Shown: positions 17,509 through 25,575 of the stretch, piece after piece
How the letters are laid out: the number at the start of each line of letters is the position of its first letter
How positions within the stretch are numbered: the first letter of the stretch is position 1
Origin: a virus
Lineage: Duplodnaviria; Heunggongvirae; Uroviricota; Caudoviricetes
DNA: 29,571 nt
Direction: 5' to 3' (one strand)
Virus record (IMG/VR): IMGVR_UViG_2541047736_000006
Made by a program: the position numbers and the translations under genes
Notes under the pieces: model-generated
Told to the model about the DNA's origin: nothing
Seen by the model: only the letters and a program-made list of their open reading frames with translations
Database searches by the model: none

Positions 17509-18276
17509 ATGAAAATGCAGACATTACCCATCGTGCCGTGGATTGGTGGCAAACGCCGCCTTGCAAAACACATTCTGCCGCTGTTTCCGGCGCATGAATG
17601 TTATGTGGAGCCGTTTTGTGGGGCAGCAGCGCTCTATTTTCTTAAGACACCCGGCAAGATCGAAGTCATCAATGATATCAACGGTGAACTGGTGAATCTG
17701 TACCGGGTGGTAAAGCATCACCTGGAAGAATTTGTCCGCCAGTTCAAATGGGCGCTGGTCAGCCGTCAGATCTACAAATGGCTGCAGATCACCCCGGAAG
17801 AAACACTGACGGATATCCAGCGTGCGGCACGGTTCTACTACCTCCAGAAGCAGGCGTTTGGTGGCAAGGTGGCAGAGCATAGTTTCGGCACCTCCACCAC
17901 ATCCCCGCCACGCTTCAACCTGCTGCGTATTGAGGAAGAGCTCTCAGCGGCACACCTGCGACTTTCCAGAACGGTGATAGAACACATGGACTGGCAACAG
18001 TGCATTGAGCGTTATGACCGTCCGCACACGCTGTTCTACTGCGACCCACCGTACCTGGGTACGGAAGGCTATGGTGTGGATTTTCCTGAAGGGAACTACT
18101 CGCGGTTGGCAGAGCTGGCCCGTTGCATCAGAGGAAAGATGATTATATCGGTCAACGATATCCCGGAAATGCGGCAGGTTTTTAACGGTCTGAACATTCA
18201 CTGTGTGAAGGTCAACTACAGTCTTGCAGGAAAGGGAACACTACGGCGCGAACTTATTGTAAGTAATTTAGAGTAG
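17509..18276 (+). CDS. dam: DNA adenine N6-methyltransferase (Dam-like, D12 class), orphan
   Basis: Conserved N-terminus (PIVPWIGGKRRLAKHILPLFP... YVEPFCGAAALYF), catalytic DPPY (LFYCDPPYLG). Start at ATG 17509 (MKMQTLP...). No adjacent restriction endonuclease ORF. Confidence 0.85.
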   Translation: MKMQTLPIVPWIGGKRRLAKHILPLFPAHECYVEPFCGAAALYFLKTPGKIEVINDINGELVNLYRVVKHHLEEFVRQFKWALVSRQIYKWLQITPEETLTDIQRAARFYYLQKQAFGGKVAEHSFGTSTTSPPRFNLLRIEEELSAAHLRLSRTVIEHMDWQQCIERYDRPHTLFYCDPPYLGTEGYGVDFPEGNYSRLAELARCIRGKMIISVNDIPEMRQVFNGLNIHCVKVNYSLAGKGTLRRELIVSNLE

Positions 18277-18301
18277 GCTCAGAAGGAGGTAAGTAGTCTT
18301 G

Positions 18302-18333
18302 CATAACAATGCACCTGATGGTGCATTGTTATG
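18302..18333. terminator. Bidirectional terminator-like hairpin between convergent genes
   Basis: Perfect 14-bp stem CATAACAATGCACC-TGAT-GGTGCATTGTTATG, between the Dam stop (18276) and the membrane-protein stop (18329..18331, inside the stem). Confidence 0.5.
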
Positions 18334-18766
18334 ATATCACTTTGATTATATTGAATAATCGCCTACCTGTTTGTAATAAACACAACATAGACATAACAAC
18401 AAGCCCAATGAGGATAGCGGCTACAATCTCTTGATGCTTACTTTGCAGCATCAACCCAATCAAACATGTCAACACCAACACTAGCAAAACTAAGCAAGTG
18501 TAGAATGCATCGGTCATCAGACGCTTGTAATGTCCGGTTTTTTGCATGTTTTTAAGTAACGGTTTATCAAGCAATGATGCAAGTAGTGCAATTGCTGTAA
18601 TAATAAAACCTAACAACGTTGCAAAGACACTGGACAATGTAGTCATGAAGTTTGGGATTGCGGCTACTGGCATATGGGGCAACTTGAACCAGTAGAGAAA
18701 ACCAATCCCACATCCAATCAATAAACTAAGCAATAGGGCCGAGTTCATCTTCTCCAATATATGCAT
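18329..18766 (-). CDS. Small four-TM membrane protein (candidate effector of a repressor-linked module)
   Basis: Four hydrophobic helices (ALLLSLLIGCGIGFLYWF; LSSVFATLLGFIITAIALLASLL; AFYTCLVLLVLVLTCLIGLML; IVAAILIGLVVMSMLCLL). Preferred start is ATG 18766 (GGGAGAG 5 nt upstream), inside the 3' end of the upstream 297-aa gene; the track's ATG 18790 is the alternative. Confidence 0.6.
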   Translation of the reverse strand: MHILEKMNSALLLSLLIGCGIGFLYWFKLPHMPVAAIPNFMTTLSSVFATLLGFIITAIALLASLLDKPLLKNMQKTGHYKRLMTDAFYTCLVLLVLVLTCLIGLMLQSKHQEIVAAILIGLVVMSMLCLLQTGRRLFNIIKVIS

Positions 18767-19619
18767 TGATACTCTCCCGGTTTTCAGCATACGCAGTATC
18801 GATTAGACGGTACATGGTTTCGGCTGGAGGGAAACGAGCGTCAGTAACTACCGATTGATAGGACGAAATACGCTCGGCAATCAAATCCACAGGATGGACA
18901 ACACCATCAGCATCGAACACATCAATTACAGCCTTTTTCGCCCCAAACTCGACTAACTCTTGCATAGCAAATTTTATATTCTGCTTAAGCCTACCATCAC
19001 TATCGCCACGGCGAGTATTAATCCCCATTACAATTTGCATTGTATCGGCACCTGCATCACCAAGCAGTTGTAGTGTCTTTTGACTGAAATCAGTATCAGG
19101 GTAAAACTCAGGATTACGGGGGCGAGGAATCGTCAACTGGATTTTTTTCATTTTGACATCTCCTCTCATAAGCCTAGCGATTGCATCTTTTTCCAGCAAA
19201 GGTGCGGGCTTAACCTTTGAACCAAAGATAGTTGAAAGAAATGCACTAAAACGGCTTATACCACAAGCCATATGATTATAGTGCCAACCTATAACATTGA
19301 TTCGAGGATAGAATACAAAGAAATTGCGCTCAATGATCCCTTCATCCTTGGCAAGTGGAATAGGGGTAGACTGTTTCCCTGGTGCACCTTTATCCGGAAT
19401 GTTCGAGTTGCGAAATTTTCTCAACTCTCCACTAAAAGAACCATCCGCGCGTTTTTTCAACCCCCAAATTTCTCTAGTAAAACCCTCATGGTTTGAAGAG
19501 GAAGGGCTCTGTTTATCAATTACAGATTGAAAAGCATCTCCGAGATTTGCCAGCTGATCTGTGGCCTTAAACGATAGCTGATGAAACTCAATACGATAAT
19601 TTCTCACATCACCACTCAT
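18726..19619 (-). CDS. 297-aa soluble protein of unknown function (candidate sensor partner)
   Basis: ATG at 19619 with AAGGA 8 nt upstream; no TM segments or motifs I recognise. Overlaps the start of the 4-TM gene; visibly AT-richer than the phage backbone (by eye, not computed). Confidence 0.6.
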   Translation of the reverse strand: MSGDVRNYRIEFHQLSFKATDQLANLGDAFQSVIDKQSPSSSNHEGFTREIWGLKKRADGSFSGELRKFRNSNIPDKGAPGKQSTPIPLAKDEGIIERNFFVFYPRINVIGWHYNHMACGISRFSAFLSTIFGSKVKPAPLLEKDAIARLMRGDVKMKKIQLTIPRPRNPEFYPDTDFSQKTLQLLGDAGADTMQIVMGINTRRGDSDGRLKQNIKFAMQELVEFGAKKAVIDVFDADGVVHPVDLIAERISSYQSVVTDARFPPAETMYRLIDTAYAENRESINAYIGEDELGPIA

Positions 19620-19741
19620 ACGATTAATCCTTAACGCGGAAAGTTCAGATGGTTAGTGCAAACAGCACATCCTACTGTTTAAATCAGCGCATATAACGAA
19701 GAGGTTTGATAACCTTGTCAATTGTTCTCATTGGGAATAGA

Positions 19742-20173
19742 TTAACCCACATTTTTTAACCGCTCAATCGTTGCGGATAATTCCTTCAGTTGTTTTTCCA
19801 TCTCGATCACTCGCTGTTTTTCCGCAGCGCCTCGCAGAAGATCGTTACGAACCTCGGGGTCTAGCTGCTTTAAAAGCTCAAGCATAGTAAGGTCAGCTTG
19901 GCTAAACTGCACTTGCGTCGGAGTTACGTCTACTTCTTTTGATAAACCTTGTTTTCTACCTGTTAGCAACCAATCTAAAGAAACCCCCTTTTCTTCTGCG
20001 ATGTTTATGCAAATTGCATAAGGCACAGAATCACGCTTCCTCCAACTTGCAAGTGTCTGCCTATTGACGTTAAGCGCTCTTGCCAACTCACTATCATTCT
20101 CTGCTTGGAATAGTGACATTAACCGGGAAAGCACAGCGTTAACATCTTTGTTATTCATTTTGCGTAATTCCAC
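19742..20173 (-). CDS. Prophage repressor (CI/c-type HTH)
   Basis: HTH segment LARALNVNRQTLASWRKRDSVPY. Divergent from the Ner-like gene across a 73-bp operator region. Start may be the GTG at 20173 or the ATG at 20158. Confidence 0.75.
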   Translation of the reverse strand: MELRKMNNKDVNAVLSRLMSLFQAENDSELARALNVNRQTLASWRKRDSVPYAICINIAEEKGVSLDWLLTGRKQGLSKEVDVTPTQVQFSQADLTMLELLKQLDPEVRNDLLRGAAEKQRVIEMEKQLKELSATIERLKNVG

Positions 20174-20246
20174 TTGATTTATTTATTTTGAATAAGTACA
20201 TTTATTCATATTGAGTACATGATAACCCAACTGGAACTATCCGCAT
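20174..20246. promoter_or_regulatory. Immunity switch region (operators and divergent promoters)
   Basis: Direct repeats AGTACAT at 20195..20201 and 20214..20220, and an inverted repeat GAATAA-GTACAT-TTATTC at 20190..20207, between the divergent repressor and Ner-like genes. Confidence 0.45.
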
Positions 20247-20471
20247 ATGAATAAACAACAAGTTCGGGCACGACTAGTTGAACGAGGCAGTAGCTTGCGC
20301 CAGTTCGCGCTTAACGCAGGCTATGAGCCACGAACAGTCACACAGGCAGTCAGTCGCTGGGCTGGTAAAAGTGAACTACCACGTGGTCGTTTGACTTATC
20401 GGATTTTGCGAGATCTATCGGTTGCAATAGGTAAAGAAGTTACCCCCGGTATCCTTAAGGAGGTGTCATGA
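20247..20471 (+). CDS. ner: Ner-like / Cro-like DNA-binding protein
   Basis: 74-aa protein in the same place as Mu Ner (75 aa), first gene of the early operon and divergent from the repressor; HTH-like segment SLRQFALNAGYEPRTVTQAVSRW. Confidence 0.6.
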   Translation: MNKQQVRARLVERGSSLRQFALNAGYEPRTVTQAVSRWAGKSELPRGRLTYRILRDLSVAIGKEVTPGILKEVS

Positions 20472-20776
20472 ATAAACCAAATACATCAAGCGCAGGTACC
20501 CGTATTTTGCGTGTTCTTAAGGCGTTACGTGGCCACGCTCTGAACGGTATCTCCAACGGTGAACTGGCGGCAGCACTGCACGAGTCACCAGCAAACATTA
20601 ATCGGGCACTCAACACCCTCATTGAAGAAGGGCTGGCCCTGAAACTGGAGAATGGACGTTTTGCACCGGGCATCCAGTTACTGCAGATCGCCATGGCTCA
20701 CAGTAACGAGATGGCACGAGCGCAGGATCGTATTAACGAAATCAACCAACGTGTCATTTCAGGTAGTCGTTTATAA
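20468..20776 (+). CDS. Winged-HTH regulatory protein (102 aa)
   Basis: ATGA overlap with the Ner-like gene; wHTH-like N-terminal region (RILRVLKALRGHALNGISNGELAAALHESPANINRALNTLIEEGLA). Confidence 0.5.
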   Translation: MNKPNTSSAGTRILRVLKALRGHALNGISNGELAAALHESPANINRALNTLIEEGLALKLENGRFAPGIQLLQIAMAHSNEMARAQDRINEINQRVISGSRL

Positions 20777-20786
20777 GGAGTAATCA

Positions 20787-21698
20787 ATGGGACGTACCAA
20801 ATCACCAATGTCCACTGATCTGAATGCTGAGGTGCCGCTGTCTGATGATCTCAACATCAGTCTTAATACCATGGCACAACACCGCGTGGAGATCATGCAG
20901 CAGTTCGGCGATGGTCTGCCTTATGAACGTGATCGCATTGTTCACGAAGCACGCTTTTATATGGCACAAAGTGCTGAGGCCATGCTAGAGGCAGGTAAAC
21001 GACTGATAATACTGAAAGAAAATGAACCACATGGTGATTTCATAAATATTGTCGAGTCTGAATTATCAATGTCAAAGCGTACTGCACAGGTAATGATGCA
21101 GGCATCAATAAAATATTTATCACCACAACTTGAGTCAAAAGCGCAGACGTTTGCGCTTTTAGGAAAAGCCAAATTATTCGAGTTAATGACGGAAGACGAT
21201 GAAAACCTTGCCGAACTGGCTGATGGTGGCACTGTTGCCGGCCTGACGCTTGACGACGTTGATCGCATGTCAGTACGCGAACTTCGCCAGGCCCTGCGCG
21301 AAGCGCGCGAAACCAACGCAGCACAACAGCGCGTACTCGCCGATAAAAATGAAAAAATTGATTCTCTCTCTACCAGACTGGAAAAGAAATCCCGTATTCA
21401 GCCGCCTGAGCCTGATGAGGAGGTTAAGAAGCTGCGGGCGGAAGTGACAGCATTAGCGGTTGAGGCGGAATCTGCTATCGCCGTCCGACTGTCCAGCGCT
21501 TTTGAGACACTGTGCGCATATTGTGCTGAAAACATGATTGATACCCCCAGAGACTTCATGGCAGGCCTGGTCTGTCAACTGGAAAGCACAGCGCGTAGCC
21601 TGCGCTCCACATTTGACCTGCCGGACGAGCCAACAGGCAATGCAGCGCCTTCATGGCTGACTGAGCCGACGCCACAGATTAACGGGCTGGAGGCATAA
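20787..21698 (+). CDS. Hypothetical early protein (303 aa)
   Basis: Helical, charged protein directly upstream of the transposase; contains an internal AT-rich patch (about 21,000-21,200). Confidence 0.55.
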   Translation: MGRTKSPMSTDLNAEVPLSDDLNISLNTMAQHRVEIMQQFGDGLPYERDRIVHEARFYMAQSAEAMLEAGKRLIILKENEPHGDFINIVESELSMSKRTAQVMMQASIKYLSPQLESKAQTFALLGKAKLFELMTEDDENLAELADGGTVAGLTLDDVDRMSVRELRQALREARETNAAQQRVLADKNEKIDSLSTRLEKKSRIQPPEPDEEVKKLRAEVTALAVEAESAIAVRLSSAFETLCAYCAENMIDTPRDFMAGLVCQLESTARSLRSTFDLPDEPTGNAAPSWLTEPTPQINGLEA

Positions 21699-21701
21699 CC
21701 A

Positions 21702-23471
21702 ATGAATGCTGCCCTGACTGAACGACTGGTTTATGTCGCCCGCGCGGCACGTGACGCGGGGCATGGTAAACGCGGTGCAATATACGACGCTGCCTGTGCT
21801 GAACTTGGCATGTCCCGCGCCACTCTGCTGCGCAGGCTGAAGGAGGTCTCTGTGACTGATAAACGCAAAAAACGCGCCGATGCCGGGCGCAGCGCCCTGA
21901 CCCGCGACGAAGCCGCGCTGATATCTGCCACACTGCGTGAGGCCACCCGCAAGAACGGTAAGCGTCTCTATTCCATCGCGGATGCAGTGGAAACCCTGCG
22001 GGCTAACGGCTTTATCTCCGCAGGCAGAACAGATGAAACCACCGGTGAGTTTTTCCCGTTGTCCGAAGATGCCATCAGCCGTGCCCTGCGTAACTATGGC
22101 CTGCACCCGGAACAACTGGATGCCCCTGCGCCGCATACCGAAGTGGCCAGTCTGCATCCCAATCATGTCTGGCAGATTGATGCCTCGCTCTGCACGCTTT
22201 ACTACCTGAGCAATGGACACAAAGGGCTGCAGGTGATGGACAGCGCGAAATTCTACAAGAACAAGCCCGCTAACCTTGCCCGTATCGCCAGTGACCGCGT
22301 GTGGAGTTATGAGATTACCGACCATGCCAGCGGCTGGATTTACGTTGAGTATGTGACGGGTGCGGAATCCGGTGAGAACCTGTGTTCTGTGCTTATCAAC
22401 GCCATGCAGGAGCGTGGCGGCGCAGACGTGCTGCACGGCGTGCCAAAAATACTCTATCTCGACCCCGGCTCGGCAAACACCGCGGGTATGACGAAAAACA
22501 TGTGCCGCTCACTGGGCATTGACCTGATAGCGCACAAGCCGCATAACGCCCGCGCCACCGGACAGGTGGAAAAGGCGCGAGACATTATCGAACGCAAGCT
22601 GGAGCCGGGTCTGAAGTTCCGGCCGGTTCACAGTCTGGAAGAACTCAACGCGCTGGCCGCGAAATGGCGCAGCCACTTTAACGCCACGGCTGTTCACAGC
22701 CGCCACGGTAAAACCCGCACGGATATCTGGCTGAAGATTACTACTGAGCAGCTGAAAAAAGCGCCTTCCGTTGAGGTATGTCGTGAACTGGCTGTGGCGG
22801 CACCAGAACTCCGCAAAGTCACGCCAAAACTTCGTGTCTCGTTCCGGGGCACTGAATTTGACGTATCAACGGTACCGGGCGTACTGGTCGGTGAAAAACT
22901 GATGATTACCCGTAACCCGTGGCGCAGCGATGTGGCACAGGTGGTTCTGACCGGTGAGGACGGCCACGAGACGTTCTTCCTGGTCGAAGAGGTCAGAAAG
23001 AACGAGTTTGGCTTTGCTGAAGGCGCGGCGGTATTTGGCGAAAGTTACAAAGCCCTGCCGGAAACACCGGCGCAGACGGCGGCAAAAGAAACTGAAGCGC
23101 TGGTCACCGGTACAGACAACGCCACAGATGCAGCTGTCGCACGCAAGGCGAAGGCGCTGCCGTTCGGCGGGCGGCTTGACCCGTATAAACATATTGATGA
23201 CGCCACACTTCCGGCCTATATGCCGAAGCGCGGTCAGGCCTCTGACGTACGCGGGCCGCGCACTGAACAACGTCCCATGACTCATGTGGAGGCCGCGAAA
23301 GCCCTGCGCGATAAGTTCAGCGCCGACGGCCTTACCTGGACGCCGGAACATTACCGCCAGTTAACGGCACAGTACCCGGACGGCGTACCGGAAGCCGCAC
23401 TGGATGAAGTCATGGCCACGCTGACCACACCGGCCCGCAGCAGTGTTATCAGCATTGTTAACGGCAACTGA
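21702..23471 (+). CDS. DDE transposase (retroviral-integrase-type catalytic core)
   Basis: Catalytic triad candidates in HVWQIDASL, ILYLDPGSANT and TGQVEKARD; N-terminal HTH-like region; GGAGG upstream of the ATG; followed by the MuB-like ATPase. Confidence 0.85.
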   Translation: MNAALTERLVYVARAARDAGHGKRGAIYDAACAELGMSRATLLRRLKEVSVTDKRKKRADAGRSALTRDEAALISATLREATRKNGKRLYSIADAVETLRANGFISAGRTDETTGEFFPLSEDAISRALRNYGLHPEQLDAPAPHTEVASLHPNHVWQIDASLCTLYYLSNGHKGLQVMDSAKFYKNKPANLARIASDRVWSYEITDHASGWIYVEYVTGAESGENLCSVLINAMQERGGADVLHGVPKILYLDPGSANTAGMTKNMCRSLGIDLIAHKPHNARATGQVEKARDIIERKLEPGLKFRPVHSLEELNALAAKWRSHFNATAVHSRHGKTRTDIWLKITTEQLKKAPSVEVCRELAVAAPELRKVTPKLRVSFRGTEFDVSTVPGVLVGEKLMITRNPWRSDVAQVVLTGEDGHETFFLVEEVRKNEFGFAEGAAVFGESYKALPETPAQTAAKETEALVTGTDNATDAAVARKAKALPFGGRLDPYKHIDDATLPAYMPKRGQASDVRGPRTEQRPMTHVEAAKALRDKFSADGLTWTPEHYRQLTAQYPDGVPEAALDEVMATLTTPARSSVISIVNGN

Positions 23472-23481
23472 GGAGGGAAAC

Positions 23482-24648
23482 ATGCTGGTACTGAAGCAGC
23501 AACTGAAAGAGGCCCGTATTCCACAGGCGGTGGTGGCGAGAGCTGTCGATGTTTCTGAGGCCACGCTGGCCCAGATTGTGAATCATAACGCGTGGCCCCG
23601 CACCAGCCCCGGAGAAGTGCGCCGGCGTCTTGCGTCCTGGCTGGAAAGTCAGGGGATTGATACAACGAAGAGTTTTGATGCTGTACAGGGCGCGGCCACG
23701 CCCCGTACAGCGGGTACCACAGATAAAACGAGCCTCAGTGAGGAAGAGAATATGTTACTCAAAAAACAGGTGTTATTTCCAGCAACCAAAAAAGCGTTTG
23801 GTCTTTTCCGTGACCCGTTCGCCGACGAAGCCATGCAGGGTTCTGATGATGTGTTCACCACCCCGGATATTCGCTACGTGCGTGAGGCGTTGTACCAGAC
23901 AGCCCGTCATGGTGGGTTTATGGCCGTCATCGGTGAGTCCGGTGCGGGTAAATCCACGCTGCGCCGCGACCTGACTGAACGTATCAACCGCGAGAATGCG
24001 CCGGTAATTGTTATCGAGCCATACATCATCGCTATGGAAGACAACGATGTGAAAGGGAAAACCCTGAAGGCAGCAGCGATTGCCGAAGCCATTATCAGTA
24101 CCATCGCACCACTGGAAAGCATCAGACGCAGTCAGGACGCCCGCTTTCGCCAGTTGCATCGCGTCCTGAAAGACAGCAGCCAGGCGGGGTTCAGCCACGT
24201 TCTGGTGATTGAGGAGGCCCACAGTCTGCCCATTCCGACACTGAAACACCTCAAACGCTTTTTTGAGCTGGAGTCCGGTTTCAAAAAACTGCTGTCCATC
24301 GTGCTGATTGGCCAGCCGGAACTGGCGACAAAACTGTCTGAACGCAATATGGAAGTCCGTGAAGTCGTTCAGCGCTGTGAGGTGGTCGAACTTCTGCCTC
24401 TGGACAATAACCTTGAAGAGTTTCTGACGTTCAAACTGCAACGGGCCGGTAAACAACTGACGGACATTATGGACGCCAGCGCAGTGGATGCCATACGTGC
24501 CCGCCTGAGCAATCCGGGAAGTCATCGTAAAAATATGGTCAGCCTGCTGTATCCGCTGGCCGTCAGTAACCTGGTAATAGCCGCCATGAATCTGGCCGCT
24601 GAAATCGGGGTTCCACAGGTCAACGCTGACGTTGTCAAAGGGGTTTAA
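23482..24648 (+). CDS. Transposition ATPase (MuB / TniB-like)
   Basis: Start reassigned to ATG 23482 (GGAGGG upstream). N-terminal HTH-like segment, Walker A GESGAGKST and Walker B HVLVIEEAH. Confidence 0.8.
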   Translation: MLVLKQQLKEARIPQAVVARAVDVSEATLAQIVNHNAWPRTSPGEVRRRLASWLESQGIDTTKSFDAVQGAATPRTAGTTDKTSLSEEENMLLKKQVLFPATKKAFGLFRDPFADEAMQGSDDVFTTPDIRYVREALYQTARHGGFMAVIGESGAGKSTLRRDLTERINRENAPVIVIEPYIIAMEDNDVKGKTLKAAAIAEAIISTIAPLESIRRSQDARFRQLHRVLKDSSQAGFSHVLVIEEAHSLPIPTLKHLKRFFELESGFKKLLSIVLIGQPELATKLSERNMEVREVVQRCEVVELLPLDNNLEEFLTFKLQRAGKQLTDIMDASAVDAIRARLSNPGSHRKNMVSLLYPLAVSNLVIAAMNLAAEIGVPQVNADVVKGV

Positions 24649-24650
24649 TA

Positions 24651-24920
24651 ATGAAATCCACCACAGGTATCAACCAGCAAATCAGCAAAGTGCAGTCAGC
24701 CATTATGGCGCTTAAGGCGACGAACACGGATGTACAAAGCATCACCATCAGGGGTAACAAACCTGTCATCCGCGTTTCCCGGAGTGCGCATTGCATGCGC
24801 ATGCTTGAGCAGGGAAAGGCCTGTTATCTGTATACCGGTCATGACCACAGGGGACATTTCCGTCAGGGCGTTTTCGAACTGCACGGCTGTCGCGTCGTGT
24901 GGCCGGAATCTTTGTGGTAA
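24651..24920 (+). CDS. Small hypothetical early protein (89 aa)
   Basis: ORF between the ATPase gene and gam; no recognisable motif. Confidence 0.4.
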   Translation: MKSTTGINQQISKVQSAIMALKATNTDVQSITIRGNKPVIRVSRSAHCMRMLEQGKACYLYTGHDHRGHFRQGVFELHGCRVVWPESLW

Positions 24921-24947
24921 TCAGCACAACAGGAGGAGTCATAAAAT

Positions 24948-25478
24948 ATGGCAAAAAGTACAAAAGGGGCAAAACGTATCAAAGCCGCAGCAGCACTCTG
25001 GGTGCCGGGGACACGCGAAGAGGTCATTGAGGGAATCAGACTGCTTGGTGACGCGCAACGTGAACTGGTCAGGGCTGAAACAGAAATGAATGACACCATT
25101 GGCGACATCACTGCACGTTATGCCCCGCTCACCGAGAGCCTGAAAAAACGCATGGCCGAACTGCAGTCCGGTATCCAGACATGGTGTGAGGCGCACCGTG
25201 ATGAACTGACCGGCAACGGGAAGGTGAAGTTCGCTAACCTCACCACCGGCGAGGTGCAGTGGCGAAACCGTCCGCCATCAGTCAGTATCCGTGGGGCGGA
25301 TAATGTTATTGAATTACTGAGACGTCTGGGGCTTGAGCGCTTTATTCGTGTAAAAGAGGAAATAAATAAAGACGCTATCCTGAATGAAAAAGAGGCCGTG
25401 AAAAATATTCCCGGTATTTCCATTAAAAGCGACATTGAGGATTTTTCAATAATTCCTTTTGAGCAGGATGTGCAGTAA
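24948..25478 (+). CDS. gam: Host-nuclease inhibitor protein Gam (DNA-end binding)
   Basis: 176-aa product closely resembles Mu Gam as I recall it over its whole length (MAKSTKGAKRIKAAAALWVP...WCEAHRDELTGNGKVKFANLTTGEVQWRNRPPSVSIRGADNVIELLRRLGLERFIRVKEEINKDAIL...DFSIIPFEQ). AGGAGGAG precedes the ATG. Confidence 0.9.
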   Translation: MAKSTKGAKRIKAAAALWVPGTREEVIEGIRLLGDAQRELVRAETEMNDTIGDITARYAPLTESLKKRMAELQSGIQTWCEAHRDELTGNGKVKFANLTTGEVQWRNRPPSVSIRGADNVIELLRRLGLERFIRVKEEINKDAILNEKEAVKNIPGISIKSDIEDFSIIPFEQDVQ

Positions 25479-25575
25479 ACACACCACGTTAATTATTTAA
25501 TAAAAACATTTTCTTTTTTATTCCGGCGTCAGCGCCGTGGGCTTCTGCACGCCGGAAACAGAGGAGAATTAAATT

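Noticed and set aside
18281-18334. Tiny 11-codon ORF (TTG start after AAGGAGGT) coinciding with the 14-bp hairpin
   Set aside because: Too short and entirely inside the terminator-like stem; most likely a coincidence of the hairpin sequence.
18726-19619. The 297-aa protein as a reverse transcriptase (retron-type) or nuclease effector
   Set aside because: No YxDD-type polymerase motif, no obvious nuclease motifs (PD-(D/E)xK, HNH) and no adjacent structured non-coding RNA region; function left unassigned.
19690-19721. Sigma70-like promoter (TTGACA ... TTATAT) for the 297-aa gene
   Set aside because: Spacer is 19 nt to the good -10 and the 17-nt alternative is a poor hexamer; kept only as a low-confidence possibility in the findings.
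23443-23481. Upstream start (23443) for the MuB-like ATPase
   Set aside because: It would overlap the transposase 3' end without an SD; the ATG at 23482 is preceded by GGAGGG just after the transposase stop.
25521-25557. GC-rich hairpin (9-bp stem TTCCGGCGT/ACGCCGGAA) downstream of gam as an intrinsic terminator
   Set aside because: The T-tract lies upstream of the stem on the plus strand (an A-tract follows it on the minus strand), so it fits neither orientation as a canonical terminator. It may still be an RNA structure ahead of the zinc-ribbon gene's RBS.
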